A DNA stretch of 32,000 bases from Geobacter metallireducens GS-15 (GTDB taxonomy: Bacteria > Desulfobacterota > Desulfuromonadia > Geobacterales > Geobacteraceae). Positions 1-6,859 of this stretch are shown one piece after another; positions within the stretch are counted from its first letter, which is position 1, and every line of letters starts with the position of its first letter. Under the pieces are notes generated by a model. That model had not been told where the DNA came from and did not search any database. It saw nothing but the letters and a program-made list of their open reading frames with translations. The DNA lies in NCBI RefSeq assembly GCF_000012925.1, contig NC_007517.1, positions 1,620,001-1,652,000 on the forward strand, given 5' to 3'. Made by a program: the position numbers and the translations under genes.

Positions 1-728
1 TTGATGGCCACAATATTGTACGTTGCCCGGTTTGAAATGGCCCAGTTGATTCCTGCGATAACCAGGGCATCGGAAGAGGTGCCGTCGGGATTGAACACGT
101 CGAGAACGGCTAGTTTCGCACCGGGAGCGACACCGGCGACAATACCGGCCACGTTGGTGCCGTGGCCCAGGTCGTCCAGGGCGTTGTCGTTGGTGGCAAT
201 ATCCACCGATGCCGCCACCTTGCAGTCGGCCGGAACCCCCGGCGCGGTGCAGGAGCCGAAGGCCGGCAGCGTATAGTTTATCCCGCTGTCGATTATCGCC
301 ACGGTTGTGCCGCTGCCGGTTTTCCCGATGGCGGCGAGTGGGGGCTGGCCGATGAGGGGGAGGCTCTCGGCGAGATGGGGCCGGAGGACGCGGTTTTCGT
401 ACACAGCCTGGATGCCGGGAGCCGTCAGGAGACGGTCAAGGGCCTTTGTGGATCGAATTCTGGCGAAGAGCATCGGCAGGTGGGAGTAATCTGTTACCAC
501 CTCTCCCCCCTCGGCCCTGAGTGCGCCGATAACGTGGGATTTGGCAATGGCACCCTCATCGAGCAGGATCAGCATCTCCTGGGGAGCGCCGGACGAAAGC
601 CGTTGCCGCATGCCCGGTGGTTCAACGGGCGCAGCGGCAGCGACTGACGCGGGGCTTTGACTGAAAAGGGCGGCAAGGAATGTGGCGGCGAGGATTTTCC
701 GGATGACGGGAAGACGATGTGCGGGCAT
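1..728 (-). CDS. Subtilisin-like serine protease (peptidase S8), N-terminal 242 codons; the gene continues past the window start
   Basis: Not in the ORF track because it runs off the edge. My reverse-strand translation from the ATG at 728-726 reads MPAHRLPVIRKILAATFLAALFSQSPASVAAAAP (signal-peptide-like). It continues to GTTVAIIDSGINY (subtilase Asp box) and DDLGHGTNVAGIVAGVAPGAKL (His box), with no stop down to position 3. GGAG lies 6 nt upstream of the ATG. The Ser box would lie outside the window. Confidence 0.85.
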   Translation of the reverse strand, partial: MPAHRLPVIRKILAATFLAALFSQSPASVAAAAPVEPPGMRQRLSSGAPQEMLILLDEGAIAKSHVIGALRAEGGEVVTDYSHLPMLFARIRSTKALDRLLTAPGIQAVYENRVLRPHLAESLPLIGQPPLAAIGKTGSGTTVAIIDSGINYTLPAFGSCTAPGVPADCKVAASVDIATNDNALDDLGHGTNVAGIVAGVAPGAKLAVLDVFNPDGTSSDALVIAGINWAISNRATYNIVAI

Positions 729-842
729 GACAGTCTCCATTTGGCGGGAGGATTGATTCATGCTTAAGAATGGCAGATGAAGTTCTCTTCGGTGTTACGA
801 CGGGGCCGAAAGTGTGTGAATGTGCGTGGATTTTGGGTGGGA

Positions 843-865
843 GCGGCCCCTGTGACAGGGGCCGC
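843..865 (-). other. Perfect GC-rich hairpin between the PEP-CTERM gene and the S8 protease gene
   Basis: gcggcccctg (843-852) and caggggccgc (856-865) form a 10-bp perfect stem with a 3-nt loop, 9 nt downstream of the stop at 874. No U-tract follows on either strand, so it is not a canonical intrinsic terminator. It could be an RNA-stability or processing element. Confidence 0.5.
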
Positions 866-873
866 CATGGAGG

Positions 874-1419
874 TCAAGACTGGCGCTTGCGCCGGATGCC
901 GGCGAGGCCCGCAAGTCCCGAGCCCATGAGGAAGAGGGCAGGGGGGACGGGGACGGTGGTGGCGTTGGCGGGTGTTATGACCGTAACGATCCCTGGGCCG
1001 CTTGGGGCGACCTCGGTGATAATAGGGGGGAGTGGTTGTTGGGTGAAGAATGCGCTCATGCTTCGTATGCTGCTTGAACCTATCGTCGCCATGCGGCTTC
1101 CGCCGGCGCCGAAGGTGTCCGATGTGTCGAAGAAGAATCCCTGGGAGTAGGAGAGTTGGGTGAAGGTAAAGTCCATGGGTTCCACGACGGTCACGATGCC
1201 GGTTTTTTCAGCTGGAGCAATGACGGTGATGATCCCCTTGTCCTTTCTATCTTCAATCGGATTGATGACAGTGAGAATGGCGTTGCCACCGCTCAGGCTC
1301 TGGTTCAGGCCGGGAAGCTTAACATCAGCGCTTGAGGAGAAATCGGTGTATGCCGCCAGGGCATTGCCGGCAAGTCCGAGCAGGAGGGCCGCGGCGATTG
1401 TGGCGGTGATTGTTTTCAT
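874..1419 (-). CDS. PEP-CTERM sorting-domain secreted protein (181 aa)
   Basis: Track ORF 874..1482, trimmed to the internal ATG at 1419 (MKTITATIAAALLLGLAGNALA is a signal peptide). GGAGGA lies 5 nt upstream. The C-terminus TTVPVPPALFLMGSGLAGLAGIRRKRQS has the PEP-CTERM layout: a Pro-rich motif, a hydrophobic helix and a basic tail. The motif [AG]I[ILV]TV[IV]xP recurs four times internally. Confidence 0.85.
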   Translation of the reverse strand: MKTITATIAAALLLGLAGNALAAYTDFSSSADVKLPGLNQSLSGGNAILTVINPIEDRKDKGIITVIAPAEKTGIVTVVEPMDFTFTQLSYSQGFFFDTSDTFGAGGSRMATIGSSSIRSMSAFFTQQPLPPIITEVAPSGPGIVTVITPANATTVPVPPALFLMGSGLAGLAGIRRKRQS

Positions 1420-1443
1420 TGGTTCCTCCATGATCCGGAATGG

Positions 1444-1472
1444 AAAAAGAGGGGCCTCGGTCGAGGCCCCTC
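1444..1472 (-). terminator. Rho-independent terminator downstream of the PstS-like gene
   Basis: gaggggcctc (1449-1458) and gaggcccctc (1463-1472) form a 10-bp perfect stem with a 4-nt loop. On the minus strand a UUUUU run follows (A-run 1444-1448). It sits 26 nt after the stop at 1498 and only about 24 nt before the next start codon. Confidence 0.7.
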
Positions 1473-1497
1473 GAAGATACACCGCAGGTGGGCGGGG

Positions 1498-2802
1498 TTA
1501 GGGAAGCTGCGGGTTGATGGCACCGAGAAGATAAGGATACTCGGCTTCAGAGCCCTTGAAGAACTTCATCTCGTCCTTGGTGGCCCAGTACTTGGCCTTG
1601 GTGGCGGGGACGTTGGCCGGGCTGGAGGCGTAAGCTACCAGAGCGTCGACTACCGGGCGCTGTGCAAGGGAGGTGCGGGCAGCGTCCTCATAGACCCACT
1701 GGGTGGTCCAGAAATCGTAGACGCCGTTGCGGATGCTGTAGCGGGTACCGAAGTGGCCGTTGTACTTGACAGCCTTCACGTTCTGGCTGGTGCCGGCCGC
1801 ACCAACGGTCTGGTCGGCGTCTGCATAGCCTATGGCGCCGATTGCGGAGCCGGAGGGGGTTGCGGTGCTGTTACCGTTTACGCACTTGATGAGGTCGGTG
1901 GAGCCTTCGTTGAACCAGACGGCGCCGGGGTTCTCGAAGCTGGCGAGGCCACTACCCCAACCATTGCCGCGGACCACCGAGAAGTCGAGGGCTGCTGCTG
2001 TGCCGGATCCGGCGTGGCGGAGGCACGCAACAACCGGTTGAGCCGTGAAGTAGCCGCCGAAGTCGGACCAGTCGGCTATCGTGCCAGAGAATATGGATAC
2101 CGCCTGGAGGCGGGTAATGTTGTCGATTGTGCTGGCAGCACCGCAGGATCCGGCTGTACCGCCGCAGTCGGCGTCGCTGGCGCAGTATTCCCCGGACATG
2201 GCCCCGGCAGCGGTGGTGCACTTCTTGGCAGTTACGGCATTGTTCACAAAGAAGCCGAAGGGGACAACGAGGGGATTGTAAGAAGTGAGGCCGGAAGCAT
2301 TCTCGCCGGTCAGGACGTTATCAACAAGACCGCCGCCAAGGGGGCCGAACTTCTGGCCATGGCTCTCCTGAACAAAAGCCTCGCCGGATACGTCGGACGC
2401 CCCGAGGGTAATGGTCTGGCAGGTAAGGGTGTTGGGAGCGGTGACCGAGTCGGCCATTTTACGCTGGTAGGCGTTGGGGCAGCCGTCGGGGTTGGTGGTC
2501 CCCTTCAGGGAGCGGACCGACTCATAGGAGGCCTTGGAGGAGTAACGAATGATTACGTCGTTGCCGCCGAAACCGGAACAGGCCTTACCGGAAGTAATGC
2601 CGTGCTTTTTGCTGCTGTCTTCTGCCTTGGTGATGGAGGTGCATCCTTTGGCGGTGAGGAAATTGGAGGCTGCTGTGTTCCAGAAGAGGTATTGGGCGGA
2701 GGCACCGTAGATGTTGATATCGACGGTGGCGGCCTGGGCAATGGCGGCGGAGGAAAGGACCGCCGCTGCAGCGACCATGGTCTTGAGGGTTTTCTTCTTC
2801 AT
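1498..2802 (-). CDS. Secreted periplasmic-binding-protein-like protein (PstS / PBP_like_2-type fold), 434 aa
   Basis: Signal peptide MKKKTLKTMVAAAAVLSSAAIAQA. The motif order resembles PstS-family proteins: INIYGASAQ, IIRYSSKAS, LGASDVSGE, LVVPFGFFVNN, ITRLQAVSIFSGTIADWSDFG, ACLRHAGSGTAAALD, IGYADAD. AAGGAG lies 9 nt upstream of the ATG. Ten Cys are present, including a Cys-rich insert (CTTAAGAMSGEYCASDADCGGTAGSC, nt 2143-2220). The ligand is unknown. Confidence 0.65.
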   Translation of the reverse strand: MKKKTLKTMVAAAAVLSSAAIAQAATVDINIYGASAQYLFWNTAASNFLTAKGCTSITKAEDSSKKHGITSGKACSGFGGNDVIIRYSSKASYESVRSLKGTTNPDGCPNAYQRKMADSVTAPNTLTCQTITLGASDVSGEAFVQESHGQKFGPLGGGLVDNVLTGENASGLTSYNPLVVPFGFFVNNAVTAKKCTTAAGAMSGEYCASDADCGGTAGSCGAASTIDNITRLQAVSIFSGTIADWSDFGGYFTAQPVVACLRHAGSGTAAALDFSVVRGNGWGSGLASFENPGAVWFNEGSTDLIKCVNGNSTATPSGSAIGAIGYADADQTVGAAGTSQNVKAVKYNGHFGTRYSIRNGVYDFWTTQWVYEDAARTSLAQRPVVDALVAYASSPANVPATKAKYWATKDEMKFFKGSEAEYPYLLGAINPQLP

Positions 2803-2828
2803 TGCATTAGTCTCCTTATGTATTGGTT

Positions 2829-2852
2829 ATCCCCCCGGGTGACCGGGGGGAT
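2829..2852 (-). other. Perfect GC-rich hairpin between PEP-CTERM gene B and the PstS-like gene
   Basis: atccccccgg (2829-2838), gtga loop, ccggggggat (2843-2852). No U-tract follows. Confidence 0.5.
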
Positions 2853-2863
2853 TGATGCTGTGC

Positions 2864-3601
2864 TTACTGCTTCTTGCGGCGGATACCGACGAGTCCGAGG
2901 AGGCCTGAGCCCATGAGGAAAAGTGCAGGAGGGACTGGAACGTTCGACGCTACCTGGGTACCGCCAGTGGAAAGGGTCTTTATGGTGACCTGTTTGGCGC
3001 CGGCAGCACCGGAGGTAAGGCTCGGGTTGTCCCAGAAGAAAAGGTTCTGCTTCGCTTCACCGCCCGTGGCAAGGGCGGCAAGGTTCATTTCGCCGTTAGC
3101 GACGGTGTACGTGGTGTTGAACTTGCCTACCCTGGTGCCGTTGCCGTCAAGTTTGTTCCAGTAGGAAGATGGGTTGGCCATTGCAAGCGTTACAGTTGAA
3201 GTGGCAGATGGTGCATAAATTCCGAGAGTATTAGATATCATTGAACTGGTAGTGCCCCACTGAGTAGTGGCAATGCTCTGTGTGTCGGTCTTGCTGGAGA
3301 GCCAGAGGTCCTTGTTGGCGACGTTCACGGCATAGTATGCAACGTTGAGGTTGGACAGCGCCGAGGTGGCCAGTGCGCCCCCGAGGTAGGAGTCGGCACC
3401 GGCGCCAAGAGTTACTGGACCATTCTTAGCGGCTGCGATGATGTCTTGAACTTTGCCGAGGTCGGTGGCAACTTCCGTCATCACGGTTTTATCGTACACT
3501 ACCCGAACAAGGTGATCCTGCTCAAAGTACGCCATGGCATTCCCGGCCATTGCTGCAGTCATCAGTGCGCCCGCGAGAAGGGCAATCATCTTCTTTTTCA
3601 T
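2864..3601 (-). CDS. PEP-CTERM sorting-domain secreted protein (245 aa)
   Basis: Signal peptide MKKKMIALLAGALMTAAMAGNAMA. The C-terminus SNVPVPPALFLMGSGLLGLVGIRRKKQ is almost identical to the tail of the 874..1419 protein. AGGAGGA lies upstream of the ATG. Confidence 0.85.
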   Translation of the reverse strand: MKKKMIALLAGALMTAAMAGNAMAYFEQDHLVRVVYDKTVMTEVATDLGKVQDIIAAAKNGPVTLGAGADSYLGGALATSALSNLNVAYYAVNVANKDLWLSSKTDTQSIATTQWGTTSSMISNTLGIYAPSATSTVTLAMANPSSYWNKLDGNGTRVGKFNTTYTVANGEMNLAALATGGEAKQNLFFWDNPSLTSGAAGAKQVTIKTLSTGGTQVASNVPVPPALFLMGSGLLGLVGIRRKKQ

Positions 3602-3794
3602 TTTCTTGATCCTCCTGAGTTCGATAATGTTTGGGTGTGTCCTGCGTGTTGGTGCTGCTTCGACGTCCTGTCAGTTCCATTACCGCCCCAGGCAACCCGG
3701 CCATCCATCGGCCGGATTCGCCTTCTGACGTATACCGGCGTTGGCTCGTGCGGGGCTCCTCAACGTACCTTCAGGTACGCCTCCGTCGCCTCCT

Positions 3795-3895
3795 CCTCGC
3801 CGCCTTGGTCTCCGTCAAAAATCGAATCCGTCTCGTGGACCCGTAGGCTTTCCGTCACACGGTTACCCGTGTTTTGGCCTTTACTGGTGCATCGT
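3795..3895 (-). promoter_or_regulatory. Candidate GEMM-I class riboswitch (c-di-GMP / cGAMP type) in the leader of the PEP-CTERM cluster
   Basis: The minus-strand RNA reads GUAAAGGCCAAAACACGGGUAACCGUGUGACGGAAAGCCUACGGGUC...GACCAAGGC. As I remember it, the Vc2 GEMM-I core is AGGGCAAACC-stem-GAAA-stem-GGGACGCAAAGCCUCCGG. The element here has a 6-bp hairpin capped by the GNRA loop GUAA, followed by GACGGAAAGCCUACGG. The two departures from the consensus (G to C before CAAA, and C to G in ACGCAAAGCC) are complementary to each other. CCU/AGG and GGUC/GACC can close a second helix, but I could not fold the interior of that helix cleanly. Confidence 0.5.
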
Positions 3896-3988
3896 CGAAG
3901 GCGCGGGGCCTTCGTGTAATACCGTCCGGTATACGGTCTTTTCCTTTCAACACCTCCTTTCATGAGTTTGGGCCGGGCAGACGGCAAC

Positions 3989-4031
3989 AAAAAAGCCCGC
4001 ATCAGGCGCCATGGGCGCTCGTGATGCGGGC
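3989..4031 (-). terminator. Rho-independent terminator of the small YezD-like gene
   Basis: gcccgcatca (3995-4004) pairs with tgatgcgggc (4022-4031), and an inner gcgcc/ggcgc stem extends the helix. On the minus strand UUUUUUGUU follows (A-run 3989-3994). Confidence 0.8.
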
Positions 4032-4133
4032 TTTCCGTTTCCTGTCCGGCAGGTCGGCAAAGTACCCGGCGTTATTGGGTTAATCGTGTAATGCGTTTAC
4101 GCTATTGAAGCGGTTTTTCCAGGTTCCCGGTCC

Positions 4134-4376
4134 CTAGTCCCCGGCCCTGTTGAAGCTGATTTCCTCGAACTTCTCGATTCGGCCGATACCCCCCTGGCTG
4201 AAATTTACCTTGATGTAGCCGGTGAATTCATTGCTGGAGAGGTCATTGAGCATATCAACCAGCCGCTGGTATTTCTCGGACCGGCTGAGCCTCAGGATTT
4301 TTCCGTTCTGCCGTTCCACGTTCAATGTCGTCTCCGCTCTTCCCTTGCAATGCCTCTCGGTTTTGGCCTTTGCCAT
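4134..4376 (-). CDS. Small conserved-looking hypothetical protein (80 aa), possibly YezD/DUF2292-like
   Basis: Track ORF. GGAG lies 8 nt upstream. The C-terminal segment FTGYIKVNFSQGGIGRIEKFEEISF resembles the G-x-I-x-I...G-x-I-x-x-IEK-x-E pattern I associate with DUF2292. The gene has its own promoter-like element and a strong terminator. The family call is from memory only. Confidence 0.55.
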   Translation of the reverse strand: MAKAKTERHCKGRAETTLNVERQNGKILRLSRSEKYQRLVDMLNDLSSNEFTGYIKVNFSQGGIGRIEKFEEISFNRAGD

Positions 4377-4404
4377 GTGACGCGCTCCAGCTTAGCAGCG
4401 GTTT

Positions 4405-4433
4405 ATTACAGGCAAACGAAAGATTCATGACAA
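4405..4433 (-). promoter_or_regulatory. Sigma70-like promoter for the 80-aa gene
   Basis: The minus strand reads TTGTCA, then a 17-nt spacer (tgaatctttcgtttgcc), then TGTAAT. Each hexamer matches its consensus at 5 of 6 positions. The -10 ends about 28 nt upstream of the ATG at 4376. Confidence 0.45.
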
Positions 4434-4760
4434 TTAGTTTAAATATTTTTATGGACGTCCCGGTTCCGTTTCGACCCGGCCAGATGGAACGAAGCGGGAC
4501 TCTAGCAGCGGATTGTTGCGAGTCAATGACAGTTCTTTGAAATTTTGATGAATTGCGCCGGAAAAGAGAGGGCGAAAATCCCTGTTGCGGCAATAATCAA
4601 TAATTTCAAATCATTAGACTGATTTCACGATTTGGCCGGCAAGATAAAGCCGGTTTTAAGAAAAAATCATCATGTCCGAAGCGAATCTGTAACAAACAGC
4701 TGATAGGGTGCGTCGGTCCGTGAGGGTGCCGATGGATGAGCTGAAAGGCGAGGTAGTCAT

Positions 4761-5570
4761 ATGTATAGATATGCACGTAAGTATGCTTTTACTGTCGTTG
4801 CCGTGGGTCTGGTCGCAGGTTGCGCCGCTCCGGAGAGGGGCGGATTGATCAAGGCCGGCGACCCGGTGCGGGTTACTTATACCTGCTTCGACGGTACCGG
4901 TGCCCTGGCGGCAACCAATGTCCGGGAAGCGGCGGGAAACAACGGAGTCAAAAAGGGGCCGCTTTTTCTTCCTTCCCGTGATTATTCACCCCTGCAACTC
5001 ACGGCAGGAACCAGGCCCGAGGCGAAGGACAGGGGTGTTGACGACGAACTGGCAGCCGGCCTGGCCGGGGCGGTGGTGGGCAAGGGAGTCGGCGAGGTGG
5101 CAAGCGTTGAACTGGCCGGCGGCCCCCTGGAAGGACTGTCCGGCGGAGACCGTTACCTGAAGATGGCCACGGTCCGCAAAAGAGCCAAGGAGCTGCGGCT
5201 GGGGAGGGAGGAATATCTCACCAGGACCGGCCGCGAGCCGGAGAAAGGGCGCAGGTTCGTGCTCGATCCGGCCCTGCCGGGGATAGTCGAAGAGGTTACC
5301 GACAAAGAGGTGGTCATCCGTTTCCCCCTCCCCGACGGGGGCGTGGTGCAGACCCCCTTCGGACCGGGCACTGTGCGGGACGGGGGCGACCAGTGGGAGA
5401 TCGTCATCGATGCCGCCGTGGGGCGGATCGTGCGAAGCGGCCCATTGGCGGGAAGGATCAGCGACGTGAACGAGCGGTTCTTTACCATCGACTACGGCTA
5501 TCCCTTTGGCGGTGAGTCGCTGCGGTGCGACGTGAAGGCGGAGAGGTCGGAGCAGGTGGGGAAACGCTGA
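4761..5570 (+). CDS. Lipoprotein, SlyD-like FKBP-type peptidyl-prolyl isomerase (269 aa)
   Basis: Lipobox VGLVAGC. FKBP N-terminal strand GDPVRVTYTCFDGTGALAATN. A long insert-in-flap-like middle region. C-terminal FFTIDYGYPFGGESLRCDVKAE corresponds to the DFNHPLAG-x-L-x-F-x-V motif of SlyD/FKBP proteins. Confidence 0.7.
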   Translation: MYRYARKYAFTVVAVGLVAGCAAPERGGLIKAGDPVRVTYTCFDGTGALAATNVREAAGNNGVKKGPLFLPSRDYSPLQLTAGTRPEAKDRGVDDELAAGLAGAVVGKGVGEVASVELAGGPLEGLSGGDRYLKMATVRKRAKELRLGREEYLTRTGREPEKGRRFVLDPALPGIVEEVTDKEVVIRFPLPDGGVVQTPFGPGTVRDGGDQWEIVIDAAVGRIVRSGPLAGRISDVNERFFTIDYGYPFGGESLRCDVKAERSEQVGKR

Positions 5571-5590
5571 GAGACAAGGGAGCGGCCACG

Positions 5591-6811
5591 ATGAACAGAA
5601 CAGCCACGTCAAAAATAGTTGCCATGATGCTTGTTGTCGCGGTGGCCATCCCGGCCCTGGCGGCTGAACCACGGAATGGGGAGTCGGCCGGGGCCGATGC
5701 GGTCCTGACAAAAGCCATCGAGGATGCGCTCGGCAATGGCACGGGCTCCGTCACTGTTGACCTGCCGCAGGCTGAAGGGAAGGCAAAAGCCGGCGATCTC
5801 GTGACGCTCCGCTATACCATGACCACGGCCGACGGTGCCCTGGTGGCAACCACCGAGGAGTCGGTGGCCGCTGACAAGGGGCGCCCGCGCTCCGTGGCAT
5901 TCACGGCCCGAAGCCGCTACCGCCCCGAAGAGATCGTTGCCGGCGGCGAAGGGAATCTTCCGGGGGTGGCAGAGGCGGTCATCGGCATGGCACCGGGGGA
6001 AAAGAAGCATCTGTCTCTCTCCGCCGACAAGGCGTTCGGTGCCCGTGACCCCCAGCGGGTCGTCACCATGGCGACGGTGAAGAGTCTCCCCCGGACAGTC
6101 GCCATTCCGGCGGCTGACTACGTGAAGAATTTCGGTGCCTTGCCGGTGGTGGGAAAGGAACTTCCGGTGGTTCCCTATTTTCCGGCCAGGGTCATCGAGG
6201 TGACCGAGCAGCAGGCAAAGCTGCAACTCCTCGCCAGGGACGGCGAGCGGTTCACCGAAAGCTTCGGCGCCGTGGAGACGAAGGTGGATGGGGAGTCGGT
6301 GAAGATCCGTCTGGTCCCCACCATCGGCGCTCCCTTTGAGTTCCGTGGGGCACGGGGGACCATCACCGCAGCCGGCGAGGAAAACTTCACGGTGGATTTC
6401 AACCATCCCCTGGCCGACCGGAGTGTGGTGCTCGATCTTGAAGTGGTTTCGCTGACCAAAGGGGAGAAGCTCGCGGCCATATCCGTTCCGTGGCTCGAAA
6501 ATCACGATCAGGGGCTTGAGAAGGCGAAACAAGAAGAGAAGCCCGCAGTGCTGGTCCTCTACGCCGACTGGTGCCAGTGGTGCAAGAAGCTCTTTGGCGA
6601 AACCGCGGAGGATCCGCGGATAAAGGCGGTTTCCGACCGTTTTGTCTGGATACGGGTGAACTCGGACAAGGAGAAGGCATACAAGGAACAATACGGCCAG
6701 GACGGCTATCCGCTGATCGTACTCCTCGACCGGCAGGGAAAGGTGGCGAAGAAGCTGGACGGCTTCCGCGATGCCGCCGGCCTGCGGGAAGAGCTGAATG
6801 CGCTGCTGTAG
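5591..6811 (+). CDS. Secreted SlyD-like FKBP PPIase fused to a C-terminal thioredoxin-fold domain with CxxC (406 aa)
   Basis: Track ORF 5525..6811, trimmed to the ATG at 5591 (MNRTATSKIVAMMLVVAVAIPALA is a signal peptide, with AAGGGAG upstream). FKBP motifs: GDLVTLRYTMTTADGALVATT, GMAPGEKKHLSL, FTVDFNHPLADRSVVLDLEVVSL. The C-terminal segment KPAVLVLYADWCQWCKKL...GYPLIVLLDRQGKV is thioredoxin-like; the WCQWC codons are at 6569-6583. Confidence 0.8.
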   Translation: MNRTATSKIVAMMLVVAVAIPALAAEPRNGESAGADAVLTKAIEDALGNGTGSVTVDLPQAEGKAKAGDLVTLRYTMTTADGALVATTEESVAADKGRPRSVAFTARSRYRPEEIVAGGEGNLPGVAEAVIGMAPGEKKHLSLSADKAFGARDPQRVVTMATVKSLPRTVAIPAADYVKNFGALPVVGKELPVVPYFPARVIEVTEQQAKLQLLARDGERFTESFGAVETKVDGESVKIRLVPTIGAPFEFRGARGTITAAGEENFTVDFNHPLADRSVVLDLEVVSLTKGEKLAAISVPWLENHDQGLEKAKQEEKPAVLVLYADWCQWCKKLFGETAEDPRIKAVSDRFVWIRVNSDKEKAYKEQYGQDGYPLIVLLDRQGKVAKKLDGFRDAAGLREELNALL

Positions 6812-6859
6812 TTCACAGACTCCTCCATTCAATTCAATGATCTGAAAGGCTTACCGACC

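Noticed and set aside
1753-2916. 387-aa plus-strand ORF opposite the PstS-like gene, and 162..647 / 770..1150 / 1160..1501 opposite the S8 and PEP-CTERM genes
   Set aside because: These are shadow frames. The minus-strand products have signal peptides, family motifs, SD sequences and terminators.
3919-3932. Near-palindrome ataccgtccggtat upstream of the GEMM-like element
   Set aside because: It is imperfect at the centre and short, and I could not associate it with -35/-10 or -24/-12 elements. Noted, but not strong enough to call an operator.
4440-4760. Promoter for the ten-gene block in the AT-richer 4380-4760 region
   Set aside because: Several weak -35/-10 pairs exist (for example TTGGCC-17-TTTAAG near 4633-4661), but none matches better than 4 of 6 per hexamer. 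The transcription start needs experimental mapping.
4986-6832. Minus-strand ORFs 4986..5711 and 5609..6832 opposite the FKBP genes
   Set aside because: These are antisense to genes with FKBP and thioredoxin motifs. The translations are Pro/Arg/Gly-rich with no features.
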